Positions 18,054 to 26,014 of a stretch of 64,000 nt of DNA are shown here, piece after piece. Made by a program: the position numbers and the translations under genes. The stretch comes from a virus, in the IMG/VR virus record IMGVR_UViG_3300017987_000073, positions 16,563 to 80,562 of that record; one strand, given 5' to 3'. The notes under the pieces were generated by a model that worked only from the letters and a program-made list of their open reading frames with translations, did not search any database and was not told the DNA's origin. Position 1 is the first letter of the stretch; each line of letters opens with the position of its first letter.

Positions 18054-19456
18054 CAGAAGGGACTCCCGTCGTCCGGCGCGTACTTGGCGTCACAGTCGGG
18101 GTGAGGACACTCGATCGCGTCCTGGGGCACCGGCTCCCGGCACTTCGGGCAGATATCGTAATCCTCACCCTCGCCGGGGGTCCATCCGAGCTTCTTACTC
18201 GGAGCCTCCTCCTTGACCATCTTCTCCCGTGGCTTGCGCTCGGTCTTCTTCTCCAGCTTCTTCTCCTCCTTGGGCTCCTCCTTCTTCGCCCGCCGCTTCG
18301 ACTTCTCCTCCTTGGGCTCCTCCTTCTTCCGACGAGTCCGTCGCTCGACCTTCGGCGGAGGCTCCTCCTCCTTCTCCTCCTCGCCCTGGTCGTCCTCGCC
18401 CTGGTCCTGGTCGTCCTCGCCCTGGTCGTCCTCGCCCTGGTCGTCGCCCTGGTCCTGGTCGTCGCCCTGGTCCTGGTCGTCCTCGCCCTGGTTGTCGCCC
18501 TGGTCCTGGTCGTCCTCGCCCTGGTCGTCGTCACCGTCCTTCGCGCGCTTCGACTTCCCGCCCTTCGACTCCTCCTCCTTCGGCTTCTTGAACGTTGCCG
18601 CGTCCACCTCGACCTCGAAGTCGTCGAGCACGATCGCGGCGTTGAGCACCGCGCACATCGCGTCGGGATCGTCGAGCTTGATCTCGTCGTCGAGGTCCGG
18701 CGGCTCGGCGTCGAGGATCGCCATCAGCTTGGAGTCCTTCTCCAGACGCTTCGCCTCCTGCGGCCGCGCCCTGGCGGAGTACATATCAGTCCCCTGCTCG
18801 TTCTCGTCGAACGTCAGGATAAACGGATACGGTGTGATAAAGGGGTTCCCCTCCTCCTCGCCGCTCTCGTCGATCTCCGACTCGATCTCCTTCCGGATGT
18901 CGTTCCCGAGCGACTTCGCCCCGGATAGAATCTCGGCCTTGAGATCGGGCGGGCGGTTACCCTTCGAGTCCTCCACCATCACCGCGACGCAGACGAAGTC
19001 GCTCTGCGGGACCAGTCGCTTCCGGAAGTTGTACCCCTCCCAGCCGAGGATCTCACCTTTGCAGAGATCCATTTTGTTCCGCCCGCTCCCCACCGAGATC
19101 ACGATATCCTCCGCGTCGATGCTCTTGTCCTCCTTGAGCATCTTCCGGAGCTTGGCGAAAGGATCCTCCTTCGGATCGTTCGAGACGTTGTAAGGCACCG
19201 TGACGACCTTGACCTTCGGTTTCCGCTTCGAGTCGTCACGCTTCCGCTTGCCCTCACCTTCGCCCTCCTTCTCCTTGACCTCGACCTCCTTCGGAAACCA
19301 GACCCGAAGTCGATCCACGATATCCGTGTCCGGGTGAAGCACGACCTTCGCCTTCGGTCGCCAGTCCATCCGATCGGTCCTCGAGCGCGTTTTGGTCGCC
19401 TTGCGGAGCTTCTCCATCTTCTCCCGAGCTCGCTTGATCCTTTCTTCCTTCGTCAT
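18053..19456 (-). CDS. phage ssDNA-binding protein (T4 gp32-like position and architecture) with acidic repeat linker
   Basis: Between UvsY-like and RecA-like genes; (GEDDQDQ)n tract, C-terminal CPKC...CPHPDC, acidic DDGSPF tail; ATG 19456. Confidence 0.55.
   Translation of the reverse strand: MTKEERIKRAREKMEKLRKATKTRSRTDRMDWRPKAKVVLHPDTDIVDRLRVWFPKEVEVKEKEGEGEGKRKRDDSKRKPKVKVVTVPYNVSNDPKEDPFAKLRKMLKEDKSIDAEDIVISVGSGRNKMDLCKGEILGWEGYNFRKRLVPQSDFVCVAVMVEDSKGNRPPDLKAEILSGAKSLGNDIRKEIESEIDESGEEEGNPFITPYPFILTFDENEQGTDMYSARARPQEAKRLEKDSKLMAILDAEPPDLDDEIKLDDPDAMCAVLNAAIVLDDFEVEVDAATFKKPKEEESKGGKSKRAKDGDDDQGEDDQDQGDNQGEDDQDQGDDQDQGDDQGEDDQGEDDQDQGEDDQGEEEKEEEPPPKVERRTRRKKEEPKEEKSKRRAKKEEPKEEKKLEKKTERKPREKMVKEEAPSKKLGWTPGEGEDYDICPKCREPVPQDAIECPHPDCDAKYAPDDGSPF
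18381..18530. repeat. imperfect coding tandem repeat (TCGCCCTGGTC-core units encoding GEDDQDQ/GDDQ)
   Basis: Visible directly; about 8 in-frame units of 12-21 nt. Confidence 0.9.
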
Positions 19457-20034
19457 TTCGTCTTCTCCTCGCCCCTCCGGGGCAGCATATCCGGTGAAAT
19501 TCCACGACGGCGCTCGACTAAATCCGCCTGCTTCCTCAAGCTGGCCGACCTCGACTCCCACGCGGCGTGCATCTGCTTACACATATTCCGCTCGCGCTCG
19601 AGCTCACGCCTCGCCCGCCTCCACTCCCGGTAGTCGTTGACGTGCGCCGCGATCCAGTTCTCGATCAGGTCGGTCGTGATCTGACCGCTCATCCGCTTCT
19701 CGCGCTTGTCCCGCTCGAGCGCGTCCCGGGCGTGTTGCGACCACTCGGCGAACGCCGCACGCCAGTGAATCTCGAACTCGTCGAGCTCCTCGATCGCTAC
19801 CTGGAGTAACATCCCAGAGCGCCGGAGGTTCGCCTCCCCCTCGTCGAGTGCCCTCAAAATCCTCTCAGCCGAGGCCCGCCCGTCCCCGAGCGAGAGGTCC
19901 CCCTCCAGCTTCTCCCAGACCTGCTCGATGTTCACGTTTCGTAGCCGCTGGTTGAGGAACGCGAACCGCTCGCCCCGCTTCTTGTGCTCGTCCAGCGCCG
20001 CGGACGAGGTCAATTTCTTCGTTCGTCTTCTCAT
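19453..20034 (-). CDS. UvsY-like recombination mediator (helical)
   Basis: All-helical; IT..LIENWI...Y...L...AWESRSASL pattern; position before the SSB-like and RecA-like genes. Confidence 0.5.
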   Translation of the reverse strand: MRRRTKKLTSSAALDEHKKRGERFAFLNQRLRNVNIEQVWEKLEGDLSLGDGRASAERILRALDEGEANLRRSGMLLQVAIEELDEFEIHWRAAFAEWSQHARDALERDKREKRMSGQITTDLIENWIAAHVNDYREWRRARRELERERNMCKQMHAAWESRSASLRKQADLVERRRGISPDMLPRRGEEKTK

Positions 20035-20035
20035 C

Positions 20036-22900
20036 TCACCCCTCTATAACCGCGATGCGGACGCGCGGCGACCTGCGGAGTTCGTCCAGCTCTGGAGGTC
20101 CGAGAACCCCCTTCGGGTTCGCCCGGATCTGATCGATCGCCTTCTGGACCTTCTTCGGGTCCCGAAGCCACTTCTTGTAACGATCGACCAACTTGACTCG
20201 TCGCTTCCGCTGCGAGACGAGCCACCGCGTCCAGTCCTTGCCCGGGTAAACCACCTCCAGGATCCGCTGAGACGCCGGATAAATCACCTTGTCCCAGTAG
20301 TACTCGGGGTCGTAGGTGATCTCGTCGCTCTCCTCGTACTCGTCCCTGGTCACCCCCTGGAGAGGAGACCCGGACTTCGTCACCACGTACTCAACCTTCA
20401 TCCCGACGAAGAACTCCCGCCCGTGCTCCCGGATCTGCTCCGCCAACTTCACGTGGAGGGATTGACTCTTGTACCTGTCCGGCTCCTTGCTGATCCCCTT
20501 CCCGATCACCACGTCGTCGACCGTGAGCTCCCCGGCCAGACAACTGTCGAACGCCGGCTCGACGATCTCCCGCTCCATCTCGTCCGCGTCGATCCCCTTC
20601 ATCAGGATCGCGTCGAGCACCGCCTTCTGGAGAACCCGCGTCTTCCCCGAGCAGTCCGAGCGCATCACCTCGAGCCCCTTGACCTCGACGTGGTCGGTCT
20701 TCCCGCCCTTGTGAGACAGCATCCGGCCGGCGTACCGCTTCTTCTTGACGAAGAAGATCCGGTCGAAGATATCCTCGAACTCCAGGAGGATCGCGTTCCA
20801 CTCCAGGTTGCAGTTGCACTCCTTCAGGATCTCGACGTACCGCTCCTGACAGTAATCGACGAACCGCTCCCCGATCGCGTTGAGCTCGGCGATCCGCTCC
20901 TCCTCCGTCGCCCACTCCTGGTCGGTCGGCGCCAGTTGGATGTACACCGAGTCCGTGTCACCGTAGAGCGGCGCGAACCCGTTGGCCCGGGCGAACTTCT
21001 CGGTCAGTTTGATGAAGAACTGACCGGAAAGGGTGATCGCCTCCGCTAACTCCGTGTCGTAGAACCGACTCCTCGAGTTCCCCATGTCACCGTAGAAGGA
21101 CAGCCCGAGCCTCTTGAACGAGTAGGCGAGTCGGTAGTACAGGAGGAACAGATCGTCCTGAGTCGTCCCCACCACCTCGAGCCGCTGCTTCTGGAGGTCG
21201 GTGTACTTCTTCCGCCGCTCGAGCGTCCTCTCGAACATCTGGGAGATGTACCCCTGTTGATCGATCCGAAAGGTTGTCCCACCCTTGTGAACGACGACCG
21301 GCGACCCATCTTCACCCACCTTGTCCAGATCTATCTCAGGGATCCTGCACAGTTGCGTGGGGTCGAAATCCGGCCGAGATTCGGTCTTGACTATCGTCTC
21401 CGGCGAAATGTTGAAAGCCCGCACCATCGACGGGTACAGGCTCTTGAAGTCGAACGCCGCCACGTTTCGGTGCATCCCCACCTGGGGCGGGAAGACGTAA
21501 GCCCCCTCGTACTGGTCCGGCTTCCTCGGCGACCAGTACCTCGTCCGGAAGTGATGACCCTCCTTGAAGCCCTTCTTCAGGAGAAGCTGATCCACCTTGG
21601 TGGAGATCTGGAAGTCGTTGGGAAACCCGTTGGCGATCCGGCAGAAGAGCTGCTCCACCATCACGAACCCGGTGAACGCCTCGAGCTTCCGGAGGATCGT
21701 CGAGTCCAACCGGTTGTACTCCTCCAGAAGCTCCGGCTCGTACCGGTACAGGTTGATGAACTTCGGCGTGATCCCCGGCCGCCGCTCCCGGAAGATCGTC
21801 CTCCAGTCCAGCTTCTTGATCTTCAGGACCTTGTCCCCGATCGAGTCCAGCGAGAACGAGATCGCGTCCCCACCGGCGCGGACGTAGTGCCGCTTGAAGA
21901 TCGGCAGGGGGTCCACGAGGAGGTTGTACCTCCAGTCGACGAAGATCTTGTGGTGGTAGAATCGATAGATCAGGACCGGGAAGTCGAACCCCGTCCCGTT
22001 CCACGCGCAGTGGACGTCGTACTTGCTCAGGCACCGCCTCTTGAACTCGAGAAGCATCTCCCGCTCGGCCTCGTCCGTCTCCTCCCGCAGGATCACGAAG
22101 CCCTGGTCGTCGGGGTCGTCCTCGACCCGGTCCCCCTCCCACGCTATCGACAGGATCCGGTTGTGCTCCTTGTTGTCGAAGCCACCGACGGAGTCGTCCG
22201 TCTCGATGTCGATGAATCCCATGTGAAACTTGGGGTTGATCCGAATATCGTAGTCCGTGAGGAAGCGTTGCTTCGGCGTCAGGTCCGCCTCGAGCGGCTC
22301 GACTCCCTTCCGGTCGCACCACCGGAGCGTCCAGTGAACGTCGGTCCACCGGTCCCGGTCCTGCGGAAACCTCACCGCCTGCGGCCGCTCCCCGAGCCAG
22401 AAGGCGTCGGCCCAGTGACCCCCGTACTCCGGGTCCCCTACCCGCTGAAAGTACCGCTTCCGGTTGAACTTGGGGAAGTTCTGCTCGATGTAAACTCGAT
22501 AGTAAAGCTCCGGAAAACGCGGATCAGGCTCGACCCGCTTCGCGTGGTTTCGACAGAGCCAGGCCCACTTATCCTCGGGCACCTTCCGGTAGTCCTCCGC
22601 CGTGATGTAGAAGTACCACTCGAACGGGTGGACCTCCTTCACCCGCCTCCCGGTCGCCGGGTCCCTCGTCAGGAGGACGATATCCTTCCCGTCCGACCAC
22701 CCGTGGTAGTAGTAGGTGTGAGGGTTGAAGACGAAGGAGGAGTCCTTCATCTCGTCGAAGTCAGCCGCCTCCGCGAGGTCCTCGAACGCCCGCTTGTCCT
22801 TGACCTTCTTGGAGTCGATCGCCTGCTCGTACTGGGCCCGGTGCTCCACCTTCTCCGAGAGGTCGTCCTCGAGCGCCTGGGTGTCCGAGTCCTGGATCAG
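20036..22900 (-). CDS. family B DNA polymerase with 3'-5' exonuclease (start uncertain)
   Basis: ExoI DIETD, ExoII WNGTGFD, ExoIII YNRLD, motif A DFKSLYPS, motif B KRLGLSFYG, motif C YGDTDS, KKRYAG, KGLE..RSD. Confidence 0.95.
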   Translation of the reverse strand: MIQDSDTQALEDDLSEKVEHRAQYEQAIDSKKVKDKRAFEDLAEAADFDEMKDSSFVFNPHTYYYHGWSDGKDIVLLTRDPATGRRVKEVHPFEWYFYITAEDYRKVPEDKWAWLCRNHAKRVEPDPRFPELYYRVYIEQNFPKFNRKRYFQRVGDPEYGGHWADAFWLGERPQAVRFPQDRDRWTDVHWTLRWCDRKGVEPLEADLTPKQRFLTDYDIRINPKFHMGFIDIETDDSVGGFDNKEHNRILSIAWEGDRVEDDPDDQGFVILREETDEAEREMLLEFKRRCLSKYDVHCAWNGTGFDFPVLIYRFYHHKIFVDWRYNLLVDPLPIFKRHYVRAGGDAISFSLDSIGDKVLKIKKLDWRTIFRERRPGITPKFINLYRYEPELLEEYNRLDSTILRKLEAFTGFVMVEQLFCRIANGFPNDFQISTKVDQLLLKKGFKEGHHFRTRYWSPRKPDQYEGAYVFPPQVGMHRNVAAFDFKSLYPSMVRAFNISPETIVKTESRPDFDPTQLCRIPEIDLDKVGEDGSPVVVHKGGTTFRIDQQGYISQMFERTLERRKKYTDLQKQRLEVVGTTQDDLFLLYYRLAYSFKRLGLSFYGDMGNSRSRFYDTELAEAITLSGQFFIKLTEKFARANGFAPLYGDTDSVYIQLAPTDQEWATEEERIAELNAIGERFVDYCQERYVEILKECNCNLEWNAILLEFEDIFDRIFFVKKKRYAGRMLSHKGGKTDHVEVKGLEVMRSDCSGKTRVLQKAVLDAILMKGIDADEMEREIVEPAFDSCLAGELTVDDVVIGKGISKEPDRYKSQSLHVKLAEQIREHGREFFVGMKVEYVVTKSGSPLQGVTRDEYEESDEITYDPEYYWDKVIYPASQRILEVVYPGKDWTRWLVSQRKRRVKLVDRYKKWLRDPKKVQKAIDQIRANPKGVLGPPELDELRRSPRVRIAVIEG

Positions 22901-23484
22901 GTCAGCGCCGGCTCGAAAGCCTCCCTGATCCTCCTCGCGTCCCTCTCCAGGTTCGTCCACTTCCGAAGCGTCGAGATCGGGTGACGCAGGAGCACCGCCT
23001 CCGCGAGCGTCCCGTCCACCCTCCTCCGACTCCCGAAGTCGCTTAACCCGAGGGGGGCGCCCGCCGCCCTCCCGAAGACCAAAACCCTCCTCAAGTTCGG
23101 AAGGATCTCCAGTTCTCTCCTCAAGTGAATCTTCCAGCACGTCTCGACCTCCTCCGGTCTGAGTTCTCGGTTCCCCGGCGTCGCGCACTTCACCGCGTTC
23201 GTCGCGTAGACCTCCCGAAGGTCCAGCTCGGCGACCCTCGACAGATGCCAGAACGCCCGCGCCGCCCCGCGGAGCTTCAGCGCGGCCGCCCTGGACCCGA
23301 GCCGCCCGAGGAGCGGCGCCAAAAAGCACCCCACGCACCCCCACCCCTCGGCCACGACAGATGGGTTCAACCCCACGACCGCGATCCTCGCCCCCGCCGG
23401 CCCGTACCCGACGCACCTCGGGAGACCGAGGTCACCGAGCCCGCAGGCGCGGCAAGCTCCGGTTCTTCTCAAGAGCACTCGCAC
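22897..23484 (-). CDS. uracil-DNA glycosylase superfamily protein (family 4/5-like Fe-S scaffold, divergent)
   Basis: CRAC, VVGLNP motif A, YATNAVKC..PGNR..PEEVETC, VFGRAA, RHP motif B. Confidence 0.85.
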   Translation of the reverse strand: MRVLLRRTGACRACGLGDLGLPRCVGYGPAGARIAVVGLNPSVVAEGWGCVGCFLAPLLGRLGSRAAALKLRGAARAFWHLSRVAELDLREVYATNAVKCATPGNRELRPEEVETCWKIHLRRELEILPNLRRVLVFGRAAGAPLGLSDFGSRRRVDGTLAEAVLLRHPISTLRKWTNLERDARRIREAFEPALT

Positions 23485-24007
23485 CCAAGATCCCCGCGTT
23501 CAACGCCGTCTCGACCCCTCGGATCAACTCCTCCCTCGCCTTCGTCCGATCCGAGGTCTCGATCCCCAGCAGGTTTCCCCCGAGCTTCAGCCACTCGTTC
23601 GCCACCTGGTAAAACGAACTCTGAATCTTTATCTCCGTCTCCAGCGTCCGCCGCGGAACCCCGTCCCGCTCGATCACCCGACGCCGAGCCGCTTCGACCG
23701 GACAGTCCAACAGGAAAACCCACACGCTCGCTGCGAGGTACCGCTTCAGGTCGTGGGAGTACCCCCTCATACCGTCGTACACGACCGAGGAGAGCGCCCA
23801 GCGGTCCGCCACGAAGTCGAAGCGCCGCGAGAACGCCAGCAGATCGAAGTTGCACTGAATCCCCAGCTTGTAGATCTCCACGTCCGAGAGCTCCCCGATC
23901 GCCCCGTGCCGCACCGAGTCGCGGAAGACGAAGAACCCGAACTGCTTCAGCGCCTCGCACGCCGTGGTCTTCCCCACGCCGTCGATCCCCTCGATCGCGA
24001 TCAGCAC
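23432..24007 (-). CDS. thymidylate/dNMP kinase
   Basis: IAIEGIDGVGKTT P-loop, DRW.LSS.VY, LDCPVEAARRR; GTG 24007. Confidence 0.88.
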   Translation of the reverse strand: MLIAIEGIDGVGKTTACEALKQFGFFVFRDSVRHGAIGELSDVEIYKLGIQCNFDLLAFSRRFDFVADRWALSSVVYDGMRGYSHDLKRYLAASVWVFLLDCPVEAARRRVIERDGVPRRTLETEIKIQSSFYQVANEWLKLGGNLLGIETSDRTKAREELIRGVETALNAGILGASALEKNRSLPRLRAR

Positions 24008-25061
24008 GACGCCACCCCCTCCGAGGGTTGTCCGGACGGCCCGGCCCAAAAGCCCGCCTTGCCATCGACCTCGAAGAGCTGTCGATCGGTCCTCGCCAGG
24101 TCCTCGAAGGTGACGTCCTCCGGTCGATCCTCCTTCGCACCCGGTATCACGATTCCTAGCTGCCTGGAGATCGTCTCCCGATCCGAGCACGCCTCGTTGA
24201 ACTGCGCGACGTTCGGATCAGCGGGACCCGGACCCTTCACCTGGTTCCGCCACACGATCGGTACAGACACCCGAACGCCTCCGCCGTCGTGTGCGCCCGG
24301 TGGTAGCAGCACGCCTCGACGAAGTCGCACCGCGGCCGGAGCCACTTCGAGAGGTAGGGAAACGCGTCGTCCTTCCCGAGCCTGTCCCGCAGGAGCCACG
24401 CCACCGCGACCGTGTCCTCCGCCTCGCTGAACGTCATCCGCTTGGCGCAGAGGTTCTTCAGCGCGGCGTAGTTAATCGACATCACGAACCGGTGCACGCA
24501 CGAGATCGGGAGCAACTCCCGCGCCTCCTGCCAGGAGGTCACCCCGTCCGACAGAAACTGACCGTAAGCTCGCTTCGCGTGCTCCGCCACGTCGATCGCC
24601 TTCTTCAGCTTCATCGGATCCCGCCACGTCGACTCGTGGAACCGAAAGGGGACGTCCGCGTGGTTGTTGTCCCGCGTCCCGAGCGACGCGAAGACCACCC
24701 CGAGCCTCGCCCGGGCGATCTGGTCGAAGCTCCACCTCGAGAGCCCCTGCACCGCGAAGGTGAACTTCGGCGCCTCGAGCGCCAGGGGAAGCGCCCGCCC
24801 CATAAGCACCGACCGCACCACCTCGAATCGGTGCTCCGGCTTTGTCCGATCCCACCTTATCGCCTGGTTCGAGACCGCCGATCCCCAGGTCGCCACCGCC
24901 ATCGTGAAGAGCGACCGGTAGGGGTTCATCGGCGCGTCGATCAGATCCACCTGAATCCCCTCGACCCCTCGGAAGTACCGCGTCTTGACCCGCGGCGCCT
25001 GGTGAGGGAGCGTCCCCAGTTGCTCCCGTATTTCCCTGATTATCTCCGCTCTGCTTCTCAT
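24001..25061 (-). CDS. divergent ThyX-fold flavoprotein; reading frame stops at 24237, with a probable C-terminal continuation to 24001 after a frameshift near 24250
   Basis: LEAPKFTFAVQGLSR..DQIARAR, EARELLP, IN...L.N....R match ThyX topology; ATG 25061. Confidence 0.82.
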
Positions 25062-26014
25062 CTCGACCCCTCCAAAATTCTGCTCACCTCCTCGAGCGCC
25101 CGCCCAAGGTCGGAGACCTTCGTCGCCCCCTCCACGTCGATCCCCCGGTTCAACTCCCCGGCCACCAGCACCACCCGCCGACCGATCCCCACGACGTCGG
25201 ACGCGACGACCGGGTCGTCCTCCACCATCGCCACGAGTCCCGGGAAGTCGTCGAGGATCTTCCGGTGCTTCTCCGGGTGGAAGAGGATCCCGTCGAACCG
25301 AAGTTTGTTTGAGTTGAGCCACTCCAAAGTGTCGGCGTAAATCCGACTGAAGCGCCAGTAAGGACGACGCGAGAGGAGAACCACCGTCCCACCGGCCGCG
25401 CGAATCCCGTCCAGGAGCTCCTTCGCCCCCTCCTTCACCCCCTGGAACCGTTTCTCCCCGCTCCGACGGTAGTGATCCTTGCTGATTTCGTAACCCTCCG
25501 CCCCGATACTCGCCTTCAAATCGGCTCGCGTCTCCGCGTTCACGTCGTTCGGAAGTGACTTCCGCGCGAACTTCAGGTACGAGGTCGGCCAGTCGTTAAG
25601 AACCCCGTCGACGTCCACCCCGACGATCGGGTCGCTCGGAGAGATCGCCCGGAGCCGCCGCTCCATCCCGTACCGACACTCCACGACCTGACTCTTCCTC
25701 CCGAACTCCTCGAAGACCTCGGCCGCCGTGAAGCCCCAGACGTTCGCCAGGCCCAGCAGGAACTTGAAGCAGTCGACCCACTCCTCGAGCGCGTTGGACC
25801 GCACCACCTCCCCGCCTCCGGCTTGGTGCATCTTCCAGGGCGTCTCCCGGAGGAACTCGTGGAGCTCCCCCTCCACGTGAAGAACGAATTGCTTCGTCCA
25901 CTCCACCCGGCCCGCCTTCGAGAGCTCGTCCAGGTCGAGCCGGTGGTCCTGGAACACCCTCCGATTGAACTCCCGTTGACGATCGAAGATCTCGTCCAGT
26001 CTATCCGATTGCAT
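25058..26014 (-). CDS. all-alpha dUTPase/dCTPase (dUTPase_2/MazG-like) fused to a HAD 5'-nucleotidase-like domain
   Basis: Q..FN, GELHEFL..TPWK, LEEWVDCFKF, K..V...R; then VDVDGVL, LSRRP, TLEWL, EK, VEDDP; ATG 26014. Confidence 0.88.
   Translation of the reverse strand: MQSDRLDEIFDRQREFNRRVFQDHRLDLDELSKAGRVEWTKQFVLHVEGELHEFLRETPWKMHQAGGGEVVRSNALEEWVDCFKFLLGLANVWGFTAAEVFEEFGRKSQVVECRYGMERRLRAISPSDPIVGVDVDGVLNDWPTSYLKFARKSLPNDVNAETRADLKASIGAEGYEISKDHYRRSGEKRFQGVKEGAKELLDGIRAAGGTVVLLSRRPYWRFSRIYADTLEWLNSNKLRFDGILFHPEKHRKILDDFPGLVAMVEDDPVVASDVVGIGRRVVLVAGELNRGIDVEGATKVSDLGRALEEVSRILEGSR

Noticed and set aside
18381-18530. Tandem repeat as CRISPR or non-coding element
   Set aside because: No spacers; in-frame low-complexity coding repeat.
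22901-23416. ORF-track N-terminal extension of PolB, and similar extensions of nrdJ, thyX-like, sbcD, spike and others
   Set aside because: These overlap real upstream genes in another frame and translate to Gly/Arg-rich junk; starts were reassigned using RBS and stop/start overlaps.
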